Source: Deltaproteobacteria bacterium (lineage in GTDB: Bacteria; Desulfobacterota; Binatia; DP-6). From it: a stretch of DNA of 64,000 nt. The position numbers and the translations under genes were made by a program. Numbering within the stretch: position 1 is the stretch's first letter; each line of letters opens with the position of its first letter. This document shows positions 30,866 to 44,495 of this stretch, piece by piece. The stretch covers positions 11,932 to 75,931 of the forward strand of contig VBKG01000327.1 of assembly GCA_005879585.1 (NCBI GenBank), written 5' to 3'. The notes under the pieces were generated by a model, which ran no database searches, had not been told where the DNA came from, and was given only the letters and a program-made list of their open reading frames with translations.

Positions 30866-30894
30866 TTCCTAACACCGGCCCCCAGGGCTGTCAA
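30866..30894 (-). promoter_or_regulatory. Putative promoter heading the tRNA/secE/rpl/rpo cluster
   Basis: TTGACA-N17-TAGGAA with TG extension. Confidence 0.6.
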
Positions 30895-30908
30895 GGAATT
30901 GCGGGGAC

Positions 30909-31652
30909 TCAAGACGTCCCGGATGCGGGGTTGACGAGGGTATAGAGGGCAATCCCGGCGGCCACCGCGACGTTCAACGAGTCGACCCCCGGAGCCATCG
31001 GGATGGAGGCCACGAAGTCACACGCCCGAAGGACGAGCGGGCGCAGCCCCTCCCCCTCGCCGCCCAGCACGACGGCCACTCGTTCCGGACGATCGAGGTC
31101 GCCGAGCCGCCTCGGCGCATCGCTCGTCAGCCCGACGAGCCAATAACCGGCGTCCTTGAGCGTCGTCATGGCGCGCACCAGGTTCGGGACGCGCACGATC
31201 GGGATCCCGAAGACGAGGCCCGCCGACGTCGCCGCCACGACGCCCGTCACTGCCACGCTGCGGTCCTGGGGTACGACGACGCCCGCCAGACCGGCCGCCC
31301 GGGCGGTGCGGATGATCGCGCCCAGGTTCCGGGGATCCTGCAGGCCGTCGAGCAGGAGCGCACTCCGGCACTCCGGGCCGCACAGCCGATCGAGGGGTGC
31401 GTACCGGAAACCGGGCACGAGGGCGACGGCGCCCTGATGGTGCGGCGATCCGGCGCGGCGGCCGAGGGCGCCGCGATCCCGCTCCTCGATGAAGGAGACA
31501 TCACGCGCACGGGCCGCCGCCGCGAGCTCGTGCATGCGGGGGCCAGGCGCCAGGTAGAGGTCGCCGACGGGATGCCCGCTCCGCAACAGCTCGAGCACCG
31601 GATTCGCACCGTACACGACGAGCGCGCGATCCGCTGTTCGATTCCGCATCAT
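30909..31652 (-). CDS. rlmB: TrmH/SpoU-family RNA methyltransferase (RlmB-like)
   Basis: HQGAVA, LLDGLQDPRNLGAIIRTA, VLGGEGEGL, SIPM...SLNVAVA. Confidence 0.85.
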   Translation of the reverse strand: MMRNRTADRALVVYGANPVLELLRSGHPVGDLYLAPGPRMHELAAAARARDVSFIEERDRGALGRRAGSPHHQGAVALVPGFRYAPLDRLCGPECRSALLLDGLQDPRNLGAIIRTARAAGLAGVVVPQDRSVAVTGVVAATSAGLVFGIPIVRVPNLVRAMTTLKDAGYWLVGLTSDAPRRLGDLDRPERVAVVLGGEGEGLRPLVLRACDFVASIPMAPGVDSLNVAVAAGIALYTLVNPASGTS

Positions 31653-31669
31653 CCTGCTACCCTCCGTCG

Positions 31670-32860
31670 ATCGCCAAGATCCTCCACAGGTACGTCTTCC
31701 GCGAGATCCTCATCCCCTTCACCTTCGGCCTCGCCGTCTTCACCTTCGTCCTGCTCGTCGCCCGGCTGCTGAAGCTGATCGAGCTCGTCGTGAGCCGCGG
31801 CCTGCCGCTCTCGAGCATCCTGCGGCTCTTCGCGTACATCATGCCCGCTTTTCTCGAGGTGACCGTTCCGATGGCGATGCTGCTCGCGATCCTGATCGCG
31901 TTCGGCCGGCTGTCGGCGGACTCCGAGATGGTGGCACTGCGCAGCTCGGGGCTGAGCCTCTACCAGCTGGTGCCCCCGGTCGCGATCTTCGTGGCGCTCA
32001 CGACGCTCGCCACCGCCGGCATTGCCCTCTACGCCCGGCCCTGGGGAAACCGCTCGTTGAAGGCCGCGCTCTACGACATCGCCCGTACGCGCGCGAGCGC
32101 CGGCCTGAAACCGGCGGTATTCAACGACGATTTCCCTGGCCTCGTCATCTATACCGAGGGCATCGATCCGACGCTCGACCGCCTCTCGCACGTCCTCATC
32201 GCCGACGAACGAGACCCGCGGCAGCACAATACCATCTTCGCCCGGGCCGGCTTTATGATCTCCGACCAACGGGCGCAGACCGTCACCCTCCGTCTCCTCG
32301 ACGGGGCCATCCACACCACGGATCCGCGAGGCGGCGCCGAGTACCAGACCGACTTTCAGTCCTACGACGTGAACCTCGACCTCCGCCAGGCGTTTGCCGG
32401 CCTCAGGCAGCGCGAGCGCGATCCGAAGGAGCTGACGCTCGGCCAGCTCGCCCGTACGATCGCCGCCAAACAGGCGGCGGGGCGGCCCTACGGTCCGGAG
32501 CTGGTCGAGTACCACCGCAAGTTCTCGATCCCGTTCGCGTGCATCGTCTTCGGCCTCGTCGCGGTCCCACTCGGCATCCAACCGGCGCGAGCCGTGCGTG
32601 CGCGCGGATTCGTCGTGAGCCTGGCCGTGATCTTCGCCTATTACATCTTCCTCTCGGCCGGGCAGGCGCTCGCCGAGCAGGCCGTGCTGTCGGCCGTCCT
32701 CGGGCTCTGGCTGCCGAACCTCGTGTTGGCGCTCCTCGGTGGCTACCTCTTCGCGCAGGCCGCACGCGAGCGGACCGCCGTCGGCCTCGAGCGGATGCAG
32801 CTGGGCCTCGCGAGGCTTCGTCAGAAAGTCGTCGCGCGGCTTGGCGCCGAGGCCGCGTGA
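31670..32860 (+). CDS. lptF: LPS export ABC permease LptF; apparent non-canonical ATC start
   Basis: Frame reads IAKILHRYVFREILIPFTFGLAVFTF...GRLSADSEMVALRSSGLS...EYHRKFSIPFAC; no ATG/GTG/TTG in frame before 31790. Confidence 0.88.
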   Translation: MAKILHRYVFREILIPFTFGLAVFTFVLLVARLLKLIELVVSRGLPLSSILRLFAYIMPAFLEVTVPMAMLLAILIAFGRLSADSEMVALRSSGLSLYQLVPPVAIFVALTTLATAGIALYARPWGNRSLKAALYDIARTRASAGLKPAVFNDDFPGLVIYTEGIDPTLDRLSHVLIADERDPRQHNTIFARAGFMISDQRAQTVTLRLLDGAIHTTDPRGGAEYQTDFQSYDVNLDLRQAFAGLRQRERDPKELTLGQLARTIAAKQAAGRPYGPELVEYHRKFSIPFACIVFGLVAVPLGIQPARAVRARGFVVSLAVIFAYYIFLSAGQALAEQAVLSAVLGLWLPNLVLALLGGYLFAQAARERTAVGLERMQLGLARLRQKVVARLGAEAA

Positions 32861-33954
32861 CGCTGCGCCGGCGGCTCGTCGCGCCCGTCGTGGCCCGTCA
32901 CCTCGTCGGCGAGTTCCTCCGCGTCTTCGCGCTCGCGCTCGCCGCCTTCGTCGCCATCTACGTCATCGTCGACTTCTTCGATCGTTTCGACAGCTTTCTC
33001 CGTCACGAGGCTCCGCCCGGCGCGATGATCCGCTATTTCGTCTTCAAGCTGCCGCTCGTCGTGACGCAGGTCGCGCCGTTCGCGGTGCTGGCCGGGGCGC
33101 TCGTGGGCCTCGGTCTCCTCGCGCGCCACAACGAGTTCGTCGCGCTGCGGGCGTGCGGCGTGAGCGTCTGGCAGGTCGCGACGCCGTTGCTGGTTCTGGC
33201 AGCGGGGATCAGCGTCGGTGTCTTCGTCTGGAATGAGACCCTAGTGCCGGAGAGCGCTCGCCGCTGGCACGCGATCGAAGACCTCGAGATCAAGAAGCGC
33301 GGCGTCGCAACGGTCTTTACCGGACGCGAGGTCTGGTACCATGGCCGCGCGGGCTTCTACAACATCAACCGCGTGGCGCCGCGGCGCGGCGCGCTCTACG
33401 GCCTGACCATATACCAGCTCGGCTCCGATTTTCGTCTCCATCGACTGATCGAGGCGAACGCCGCGCTGTGGGACAATGGTCGCTGGCAGCTGGTCGGCGC
33501 GCACACGCGCGAGTTCGGTGCGGACGGCGTCCACGAAACCCCGCGCGAGCCCGAGGATTTCACGCTCCCCGAGACGCTCGCCGACTTTCAGGTGGTGTCG
33601 GTCGAGCCCGAGGAGTTCAGCTACGCCATGCTCCATCGACAGATCACCGACCTGCGGCGAAAGGGCGTCGACGTTTCCGAGAGCTGGGTCGACCTCGACC
33701 TGAAGCTCGCGCTCCCCGCCGCGAGCATCATGATGATGTTGCTCGCCGTCCCTCTCGCGTTCCGGGGGACACGAGTCACTAGTCTTGCGGGCGGGATCGG
33801 CCTCGGCTTCGCGCTCGGCTTCGCCTATTTCGTCGTGCTGGCCTTCACCCGCGCCCTCGGCCAGAGCCACGCGCTCCCGCCGGCGGTCGCCGCGTGGTCG
33901 GCCAACGCGCTCTTCGGGCTGATCGGCGGCTACCTCGTCCTCGGCGACGCGTAA
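32857..33954 (+). CDS. lptG: LPS export ABC permease LptG
   Basis: GTGA overlap with lptF; LARHNEFVALRACGVS...LPPAVAAWSANALF. Confidence 0.9.
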   Translation: MTLRRRLVAPVVARHLVGEFLRVFALALAAFVAIYVIVDFFDRFDSFLRHEAPPGAMIRYFVFKLPLVVTQVAPFAVLAGALVGLGLLARHNEFVALRACGVSVWQVATPLLVLAAGISVGVFVWNETLVPESARRWHAIEDLEIKKRGVATVFTGREVWYHGRAGFYNINRVAPRRGALYGLTIYQLGSDFRLHRLIEANAALWDNGRWQLVGAHTREFGADGVHETPREPEDFTLPETLADFQVVSVEPEEFSYAMLHRQITDLRRKGVDVSESWVDLDLKLALPAASIMMMLLAVPLAFRGTRVTSLAGGIGLGFALGFAYFVVLAFTRALGQSHALPPAVAAWSANALFGLIGGYLVLGDA

Positions 33955-33966
33955 CCGCCGGGACCG

Positions 33967-35013
33967 TCAGGGAACCAGGGCCGGCGCCTCGAGCCCCGTG
34001 GTCTCCGGGAGCCCGAGCAAGACGTTCAGACACTGCACCGCCTGGCCGGCGGCACCCTTCCCCAGGTTGTCGATGGCAGTCACGACGATTGCGTGCTGGG
34101 TGGCCTCGTCCCACCGCCAGCCGATCGCGCATCGGTTCGTGCCTCGCACCTCGCGCAGCTCCGGAGGCGGTCCCGCCCCCCGCAGTACGATGAACGGCTC
34201 CCGCGAGTATGCCTGCTCGAACAGCGAATCGAGCGCCGGCTTCCCTCCCGGAACGCGCACGTACATCGTGGTCAGGATGCCGCGGCTCACGGGTAACAGG
34301 TGGGGGACGAACACCGGCGGCGCCGTTGCCCCCGCCGCGCGCAGCTCCTGTTCGATCTCGGGCGCGTGGCGATGGCTGCCGATGGCGTACGGACGAAAGT
34401 TCTCGTTCACTTCGGCGAACAGCTGCTCGACCTTGGCCGCGCGCCCGGCGCCGGTGGTTCCGGACTTGGCATCGATCACCACGGGAGCGGACAGCAGCCC
34501 GGCGCGCGCGAGCGGCGCGAGACCGAGCAGCGCCGCCGTCGGGTAGCACCCCGGATTGGCGACGAGCCGCGCGCGCCGCAGCCGGTCGCGATAGAGCTCG
34601 GGCACCCCGTACACCGCTTCGGACAAGAGCTCCGGCGCGCCATGGTCGCCATACCAGCGCGCGTAAACGGCGACATCACGAAGACGAAAGTCCGGGGAGA
34701 GGTCGATCACGCGCCGGCCGCGACGGAGCAGGTCGCGGGCGAGACTTGCGGCCGCCCCGTGCGGCAGCGCCAGGAAGATCAGCTCACCCGCGGCGGCGGC
34801 GTCGGGTTCCGGCGCCCCGAGCGTCTCGTCGACGATTCCGGACAGGAAGGGATACACCTCGGAGGCGGGACGGCCGCGGTACTGCTCCGAGGAGAGGTGC
34901 ACGAGCTCGACGGCGGGATGCTGCGCGAGGATGCGCAGCAGCGCAACGCCCGTGTATCCGGTGGCGCCGAGCACCGAGACGGGCGTGCGCGTCGCCGGTC
35001 GGACCGCCTCCAT
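33967..35013 (-). CDS. argC: N-acetyl-gamma-glutamyl-phosphate reductase
   Basis: GATGYTG, ANPGCYPT, IDNLGKGAAGQAVQ. Confidence 0.97.
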   Translation of the reverse strand: MEAVRPATRTPVSVLGATGYTGVALLRILAQHPAVELVHLSSEQYRGRPASEVYPFLSGIVDETLGAPEPDAAAAGELIFLALPHGAAASLARDLLRRGRRVIDLSPDFRLRDVAVYARWYGDHGAPELLSEAVYGVPELYRDRLRRARLVANPGCYPTAALLGLAPLARAGLLSAPVVIDAKSGTTGAGRAAKVEQLFAEVNENFRPYAIGSHRHAPEIEQELRAAGATAPPVFVPHLLPVSRGILTTMYVRVPGGKPALDSLFEQAYSREPFIVLRGAGPPPELREVRGTNRCAIGWRWDEATQHAIVVTAIDNLGKGAAGQAVQCLNVLLGLPETTGLEAPALVP

Positions 35014-35019
35014 TCGCTC

Positions 35020-35048
35020 ACCCTACGCATCGCGCGCGGCGCACGCAA
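35020..35048 (-). promoter_or_regulatory. Putative leaderless promoter of argC
   Basis: TTGCGT-N17-TAGGGT-N6-ATG. Confidence 0.65.
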
Positions 35049-35062
35049 CGCCGCGGCGCGGA

Positions 35063-35461
35063 TCAACGCTTGGAGTACTGCGGCCGCTTGCGCGCCTTGT
35101 GGCGCCCGTACTTCTTGCGCTCCACCTCGCGGGAGTCGCGGGTGATGAAACCGGCCTTCTTGAGTGCGCCGCGCAACTCGGGGTTCGCCTCGAGGAGCGC
35201 CCGCGTGATGCCGTGTCGGATGGCGACGGCTTGCGCCGACACGCCACCACCGCGGACGTTCACGTCCGCGCGGTAGCTCCCGATCGTCGACGTGACCTCG
35301 AATGGCTGCTGGACGATCATGCGTGACGTTTCTCGCCCGAAGTAATTCTCGAGCGGACGGCTGTTGACGACGATCGTGCCGTCGCCCGACTGCAGCCGGA
35401 CGCGCGCGACCGACGACTTGCGCTTCCCGGTGCCCCAGAGAACGGTCACGCGATCGGCCAT
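35063..35461 (-). CDS. rpsI: 30S ribosomal protein S9
   Basis: [12 protein letters not shown]...[13 protein letters not shown]...PQYSKR. Confidence 0.98.
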   Translation of the reverse strand: MADRVTVLWGTGKRKSSVARVRLQSGDGTIVVNSRPLENYFGRETSRMIVQQPFEVTSTIGSYRADVNVRGGGVSAQAVAIRHGITRALLEANPELRGALKKAGFITRDSREVERKKYGRHKARKRPQYSKR

Positions 35462-35467
35462 GGCGAA

Positions 35468-35920
35468 TCACCCCACGTCGGACAGCGGAGCTGGCTTCTG
35501 AGCACGATGCGGATGCTCGGGTCCCGCATAGACCTTCAGCTTGGTGGCGAGCCGGCGTCCAAGGCGGTTCTTCGGCAGCATCCCTACGACGGCGGCACGA
35601 ATTACGCGCGTCGGATGCTTCGCCAGCACCTCGGCGGCAGTCGCGCGACGAATGCCGCCCGGATACTCCGTGTGTCGGAGGTATTCCTTGGTAGCGAGCT
35701 TGCGGCCCGTCAGGCGCACCTTGGCGGCGTTCACCACGACCACGAAGCTGCCCGTGTCGACGTGCGGCGCGAAGGCGGGGTTCGTCTTGCCGCGGAGCAC
35801 CGATGCGATACGCGATGCGAGCCTGCCGAGCACCTTCCCGTCCGCGTCGGCGACGTACCAGAGGCGCGCGGCGCGCGCGTCCTCCGCGCTGAGACTCCTC
35901 GTCATGCGTGTCGTCGACAT
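35468..35920 (-). CDS. rplM: 50S ribosomal protein L13
   Basis: [16 protein letters not shown]...[10 protein letters not shown]...HPHRAQKP; alternative start at 35905. Confidence 0.97.
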   Translation of the reverse strand: MSTTRMTRSLSAEDARAARLWYVADADGKVLGRLASRIASVLRGKTNPAFAPHVDTGSFVVVVNAAKVRLTGRKLATKEYLRHTEYPGGIRRATAAEVLAKHPTRVIRAAVVGMLPKNRLGRRLATKLKVYAGPEHPHRAQKPAPLSDVG

Positions 35921-35926
35921 GTCGTG

Positions 35927-36003
35927 TGGCGGGGCCGACGAGACTCGAACTCGCGACCTCCTGCGTGACAGGCAGGCGTTCTAACCAACTGAACTACGAC
36001 CCC
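35927..36003 (-). tRNA. tRNA-Asp(GTC), CCA encoded
   Basis: GGGGTCG/CGGCCCC stem, CCTGC-CTGTCAC-GCAGG arm, GCCA end. Confidence 0.97.
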
Positions 36004-36085
36004 GTGCGCCCTCGGAAGCGATAGCTACTAGCCGAGCGCGGCGTACCTTGCAACTGATACGTGGTCGCGAAGCTTTGCGGCGGCA

Positions 36086-36157
36086 TGGGCGGTGGCGGAT
36101 TTGAACCGCCGACCCCCGGCTTGTAAGGCCGATGCTCTCCCGCTGAGCTAACCGCCC
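36086..36157 (-). tRNA. tRNA-Val(TAC)
   Basis: GGGCGGT/ACCGCCC stem, anticodon loop CTTACAA. Confidence 0.96.
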
Positions 36158-36179
36158 GCGGTGCGCGCGGGAGTCGCAG

Positions 36180-36452
36180 CTAGTTGAGCGTATCCTTGAG
36201 GCTCTTGCCGGCCTTGAACTTTGCGGACTTCGAAGCAGCGATCTGGATGGTCTCGCCGGTCTTCGGGTTGCGGCCGCTACGCGCCTTGCGGGCCGAGACC
36301 GCGAACGTACCGAAGCCCGAGATGTTGACCTTGTCACCGTTACGGAGCGCGGCGACGATGTCGTCGAAGATCGTGTTGACCGCCCGCTCCGCCTGCCCCC
36401 GGGGCAGGTCGAGCTTGGTCGAGACAGACTCGATCAGGTCGGCCTTCGTCAT
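36180..36452 (-). CDS. hup: HU family DNA-binding protein
   Basis: MTKADLI...ISGFGTF...ARSGRNPKTGETIQI...FKAGKSLKD. Confidence 0.96.
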   Translation of the reverse strand: MTKADLIESVSTKLDLPRGQAERAVNTIFDDIVAALRNGDKVNISGFGTFAVSARKARSGRNPKTGETIQIAASKSAKFKAGKSLKDTLN

Positions 36453-36488
36453 GGCCCCTCCGATTTCCCGCCCGCTGGCGCGTCGGCC

Positions 36489-36513
36489 GCTTTAGCAACC
36501 GACCTGATGGCTG

Positions 36514-36517
<4 letters not shown>
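36489..36517 (-). promoter_or_regulatory. Putative hup promoter overlapping the lon stop
   Basis: TTGACA-N17-TAAAGC with TG extension; GGAGG SD downstream. Confidence 0.6.
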
Positions 36518-38979
<2,462 letters not shown>

Positions 38980-38996
38980 CGGTTTCCCTTCTGACC

Positions 38997-40250
<1,254 letters not shown>

Positions 40251-40267
40251 TTAGCAGCCCCCTTCGG

Positions 40268-40876
40268 TCAGGTTCCCTTTACCTTGCCCGGCCGGGAGAC
40301 GATGACCTCGTCGACGAGGCCATACTCGACCGCCTGCTTGCCGGTCATGAAGAGATCGCGATCGGTGTCCTTCTCGATGCGCTTGAGGCTCTGCCCGGTG
40401 TGCCTGACCAGGATGTTGTTCATCTGCTCGCGCAGCCGGAGCATCTCGCGGGCCTGGATGTCGATGTCGCTCGCCTGCCCCTGCACGCCGCCGGCCGGCT
40501 GGTGGATCATGATCCGCGCGTGCGGCAACGCGAACCGTTTGCCCTTGGTCCCCGCCGCGAGCAGCCAGGCCGCCATGCTGGCCGCCTGCCCCACGCACAG
40601 CGTCGAGACCTCGGGCTTGATGTACTGCATGGTGTCGTAGATCGCGAGGCCGGCCGTCACGGAGCCACCGGGAGAGTTGATGTAGATGTAGATGTCCTTC
40701 TCCGGGTCCTCGGACTCGAGGAAGAGGAGCTGCGCGACGATCAGGTTCGCCAGGTCGTCGCCGATGCCGGTGCCGAGGATGATGATCCGGTCCCGCAGGA
40801 GGCGCGAGTAGATGTCGTAGGCGCGCTCGCCGCGACCGGTCTGCTCGATGACGATGGGGACGAGATTCGCGTGCAT
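40268..40876 (-). CDS. clpP: Clp protease proteolytic subunit
   Basis: [23 protein letters not shown]...YINSPGG...GQAASM...MIHQP. Confidence 0.98.
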   Translation of the reverse strand: MHANLVPIVIEQTGRGERAYDIYSRLLRDRIIILGTGIGDDLANLIVAQLLFLESEDPEKDIYIYINSPGGSVTAGLAIYDTMQYIKPEVSTLCVGQAASMAAWLLAAGTKGKRFALPHARIMIHQPAGGVQGQASDIDIQAREMLRLREQMNNILVRHTGQSLKRIEKDTDRDLFMTGKQAVEYGLVDEVIVSRPGKVKGT

Positions 40877-40901
40877 GGCGACTGGCAAGTACCCGTCGAG
40901 G

Positions 40902-40930
40902 ATTCTACCGGCTTTACTTTTCACGGGCAA
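40902..40930 (-). promoter_or_regulatory. Putative clpP promoter overlapping the tig 3' end
   Basis: TTGCCC-N17-TAGAAT. Confidence 0.6.
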
Positions 40931-42224
40931 TGTCCACGCGCGCCAACGCCGGCACGCTTCTTGCGCCTGCGCGGTCCTCCCCCACCAGTCGCGCAAGCGC
41001 GCGGTCGCGAACGAGCTTCGCATGGAGCGCTGCATGCGCCTCGGGACGTCGGTAGAGCGCGCGTAGACGCTCGGCACCGTGGCTCTCCCGCGCCGCCAGC
41101 GTCTCGATCGCCGCTTCGATTTCGCTTTCGTCGACCGTGATGTCGAGACGCGAGGCCACCGCGTCGAGCAGGAGCTCGGCGCGGACCTGACGCTCCGCCC
41201 GCGGCCGAAGCTCGGCACGAAGCTCGTCGAGCGCGTGCTGGTGATCCGCCCCCTCCCGGACCCCGAGCGTCCCGAGCTGCGCCTCCACTCGACGCTCGAC
41301 GAGCGTGGGCGGCACGTCGAACGGATGCCGCGCGAACAGCTGATCGAGAACCGCCTCATGCATGGTGTCCGTCGCCCGAGCTTCCGCCTCGCGCTCGAGG
41401 TCGCTGCGCACGCGGGTCCGCAGCTCGGCCAGCGACTGGCACCGGCCATGGTCGCGCGCGAAGTCGTCATCGAGCGCTGGAAGTTCCTTCGAGCGAAGCT
41501 CCCGGATCGCCACCTCGAACTCGGGCGTCTTTCCCGCGAGACCGGCGTTCGGATAGTCGCGGGGATACGGCACCTGCAGCGTGAGCTCCGCACCGCTGTG
41601 CTGCCCGACGAGCTGGCGCTCGAGCGCCAGCGGGAACGTGCCCGCGCCGGCCTCGACGAGCACGCCTTCGCGCCGCACCGGCTCGGCGCCCTCGAGGCGG
41701 CTCGTGAGGTCGACGGTCACCACGTCGCCCGCCTCGACGACCGCCCGGTCCGTGATGGGCCGGAGCTGTGCCGCGGCGTCGCGCATCTTCGCGAGCGCCG
41801 TCTCGACGGACTCGTCGGTCACGACCACAGCCGGACGGCGCACGTCGAGCCCGTCGAGGTTTCCGACCTCGATGACGGGTCGCACGTCGATGGTCGCGGC
41901 GTACCGCAGCGACTGCCCGGGCGTGAGCGGGTCGGCGTCGATGTCCGGCGTCCCCACCGGCTCGAGGTGATGGGCCTCGATCGCCTGGCGCAAGCTGGCC
42001 TCGACCAACTTGCCGAGCACCTCGCGCCGCACCTGCTCGCCGAAGGTCCGCTCGAGCACGGGCCGTGGCACGCGACCGGGGCGGAAGCCGCGCAGCCGCG
42101 CCTGGCGCCCGACCGTCGCGAAGGCGCGCTCCAGCTCCGCCTGCACGTCCGTCGCGGAGATCTCCACCTGGAGGCGCTTGCGGACCGGGGTCAGGTCCTC
42201 GAGCGTGACGTGCGGCGCCTCCAT
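40914..42224 (-). CDS. tig: Trigger factor
   Basis: [10 protein letters not shown] ribosome-binding motif, [22 protein letters not shown]; upstream of clpP. Confidence 0.94.
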   Translation of the reverse strand: MEAPHVTLEDLTPVRKRLQVEISATDVQAELERAFATVGRQARLRGFRPGRVPRPVLERTFGEQVRREVLGKLVEASLRQAIEAHHLEPVGTPDIDADPLTPGQSLRYAATIDVRPVIEVGNLDGLDVRRPAVVVTDESVETALAKMRDAAAQLRPITDRAVVEAGDVVTVDLTSRLEGAEPVRREGVLVEAGAGTFPLALERQLVGQHSGAELTLQVPYPRDYPNAGLAGKTPEFEVAIRELRSKELPALDDDFARDHGRCQSLAELRTRVRSDLEREAEARATDTMHEAVLDQLFARHPFDVPPTLVERRVEAQLGTLGVREGADHQHALDELRAELRPRAERQVRAELLLDAVASRLDITVDESEIEAAIETLAARESHGAERLRALYRRPEAHAALHAKLVRDRALARLVGEDRAGARSVPALARVDIAREK

Positions 42225-42256
42225 CACGTCAGCCCGCGCGTCGCCACGCCGCAGCA

Positions 42257-42336
42257 TGCGAGAGGGGGGATTCGAACCCCCATGGTTGCCCGCGAGATCC
42301 TAAATCTCGTGCGTCTGCCAATTCCGCCACTCTCGC
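42257..42336 (-). tRNA. tRNA-Leu(TAG)
   Basis: GCGAGAG/CTCTCGC stem, GGCGGAATTGGCAGACGC D-arm, CGAGA-TTTAGGA-TCTCG arm. Confidence 0.96.
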
Positions 42337-42383
42337 TTCTCGAAGGCGGTTATCCATAACAACGCCCTTCCAGTGTGACAAGG

Positions 42384-44423
42384 TCAATTGACGAACCGCA
42401 GACCGGCGGGCGTGCGCTCGATGTCCTTGTGCTGGAGCGGAAGGCGCAGCTCCTGGCGACGGCCGGTCGGGTCGGTCATCGTGTCGACGCGTTCGAAGTC
42501 CACGGCCGCCCGCTCGCCGTCGAGGCGAACGGCGCGGATGTGGACGTCGACCCGCAGGTTCTCGATCGTGCCGAAGTAGCGGGTCAACCGCTCGGCGTCG
42601 GCCTGCGACCGGACCTGTCCCATGCGCTGCAGTGCGCCGACATCGTGACTCGACCAGGCATGCGCATACTCCGCGAACCAGTGCTGCACCTCTTCCTCGC
42701 TGAGCGCCGTGGCGGAGCGGGTCACCCGCGACGCATCGATCGGCGGCGCGGCATGCTCGTCGATCCGCGCCGCGGTGGTCGGCGGGACGGGCGGCGGGAG
42801 AGTCGCCCGCGGCACCGTCGCGACGCGCGGCGGCTCGGCCGGCGGAACCCGCTCCTCCTGCCGTGCGGTCGACGGCTCCACACGCGGCGGCCGGCGCTCT
42901 CGCGCCGTCACCTCCCACGCATCGGCCGCCGCCACGGCGGTGGGACCATGCAGCACCACGCTGACGCGATGCCTCCCGGGCGTGTCGGGGGTGTATTCGA
43001 AGCTCGGACTCGCGCCGCGCTGCACGCGGCGGCCGTCGACCGACCACTCGTACATGCCATTGGCCGCGCCCGAGCCGATCCCCGTCGCGAGGTGCAGGCG
43101 CTCGCCGACGTCCCCGGCGATCCGCGAAGGGACGGGCGAGCGCGGCGGGAGTGGTCGCGGCACGGGCACCGCGGCGTCGCGCGGCGTTGGCTGCGGTTCG
43201 GCGACGGGCGGCGCCGGTTCGGGTGTGGGCCGGGCAACGACGACCGGAGGCGCCGGCTCGGACACGGCGGGCATCCGAGCCGCGGCGATCTGGGTCGGCG
43301 GCTCGGGCGCCGCCGGGACGACATCGGGCGGGGGTTTCGGGATCGCGGGCTCCTCCGGTGCCGGTGCGGACGGGGCCGCGGCGACGTCGGGCGACGGCTC
43401 GGCGGGCGGCACCGATGCTGGCGGCGATGGCGGCACCGGCTGCTCCGCGACGGGCGGCGGCAGCTCGGGGGCATGCTGCGCTTCCGCCTCCGCCACCTGT
43501 GCCGGCCCCTCGGGGGCTGCCGGCATCTCGACCTCGGCGACATGTGCGGGTGCGCCGGGCGCCCTCGGCATCTCGGGCTCGACCTCTCGTGCGACACTCT
43601 CGGGCGCGGGCGTCTCTGGCTCTGCAAGCTGCTCGTGAGGCGGCGGCACCTCGGGCTCCGCGACCGGTGGCGGAGCGGCTTCCTGCGGCGGCGGCGCCGG
43701 CGAAGGCGGCGGTGTCGGTGGAGGACGCCCGATCGGCCGGGCATTGGCGATCTGCACGGGCAACTCCGGCTGTGGCGCGGGCCCTGCGCCGACGAGCTCC
43801 CACTCGGCCAGCGACGCGGACCGCTCGTTCTCGACCACCCGAACCGTCACGCGATGGGGGCCGCTCTCGGGCGCCGGCAGCAAGAACTCGGAGACCGCCT
43901 CGGCGGCCGACTGCTCCTGGCGTGACATCGTGCGCCCGTCGACGATCCACTCGAACCACACGCGGTCCGCTGGTCGCGCCGCCGGTACCCGCGCGCCGCA
44001 GTGGAATGTCGCGCGGCCACCCCTCCGGACGACGACGCGACCCGGCGGTGGCGAGACTTCCAGTGCCGGCGGCACGGGCGGGACGACCCCGACGTCCCAC
44101 GCGTGCATCAAGGTGCCGCCGGTTGCGCCGCGAACGACCACCGTCACCTGCTGCCACCCCGCGTCCTCGGGCAGCGCCACGTACGTCCACGTGGGAAGGT
44201 GCGAGACGGTGCTTCCCCACATGGACCACGTGAACTCGACCGCGCCCGGGGCGGCGGCGGAGAAATGCACCGCCTCGCCGACCTCGATCGAAAGGCGCCG
44301 CGCATCTGGCGCGGCGTGGAGGGGACCGAGGCGCGGCCGGCGGGCCCAGACCCAGAACGCCGCGCCTCCCGCGGCGAGGAGGAGTGCGAGCACTGTGGCG
44401 AGGGACGCGCGGCGCAACGTCAC
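42384..44423 (-). CDS. Hypothetical membrane-anchored protein: three Ig/PKD-like repeats, Pro/Ala/Glu-rich stalk, C-terminal NTF2-like domain
   Basis: N-terminal hydrophobic helix; repeated [FY]xW...G...GxxxVxV...W[DE][VL] units; low-complexity linker; start inferred at GTG 44423. Confidence 0.7.
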   Translation of the reverse strand: MTLRRASLATVLALLLAAGGAAFWVWARRPRLGPLHAAPDARRLSIEVGEAVHFSAAAPGAVEFTWSMWGSTVSHLPTWTYVALPEDAGWQQVTVVVRGATGGTLMHAWDVGVVPPVPPALEVSPPPGRVVVRRGGRATFHCGARVPAARPADRVWFEWIVDGRTMSRQEQSAAEAVSEFLLPAPESGPHRVTVRVVENERSASLAEWELVGAGPAPQPELPVQIANARPIGRPPPTPPPSPAPPPQEAAPPPVAEPEVPPPHEQLAEPETPAPESVAREVEPEMPRAPGAPAHVAEVEMPAAPEGPAQVAEAEAQHAPELPPPVAEQPVPPSPPASVPPAEPSPDVAAAPSAPAPEEPAIPKPPPDVVPAAPEPPTQIAAARMPAVSEPAPPVVVARPTPEPAPPVAEPQPTPRDAAVPVPRPLPPRSPVPSRIAGDVGERLHLATGIGSGAANGMYEWSVDGRRVQRGASPSFEYTPDTPGRHRVSVVLHGPTAVAAADAWEVTARERRPPRVEPSTARQEERVPPAEPPRVATVPRATLPPPVPPTTAARIDEHAAPPIDASRVTRSATALSEEEVQHWFAEYAHAWSSHDVGALQRMGQVRSQADAERLTRYFGTIENLRVDVHIRAVRLDGERAAVDFERVDTMTDPTGRRQELRLPLQHKDIERTPAGLRFVN

Positions 44424-44430
44424 GGCGATG

Positions 44431-44459
44431 AGCGTAGCCGCGCGCTCAGTGGCTCGCAA
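44431..44459 (-). promoter_or_regulatory. Putative leaderless promoter of the hypothetical Ig-like protein
   Basis: TTGCGA-N17-TACGCT-N7-GTG. Confidence 0.6.
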
Positions 44460-44495
44460 TGCGAAAGCCGAACGTCGGTCGCGACCGCCTTTTGT

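Noticed and set aside
36004..36085. Possible promoter TTGCAA-17-TAGTAG between tRNA-Val and tRNA-Asp
   Set aside because: Weak -10 and explicable as spacer in a hup-tRNA transcript; too uncertain to list as a feature.
43130..43800. Repeat array or CRISPR in the GC-rich repetitive stretch
   Set aside because: No fixed-length repeat-spacer periodicity; explained by the Pro/Ala/Glu-rich coding linker.
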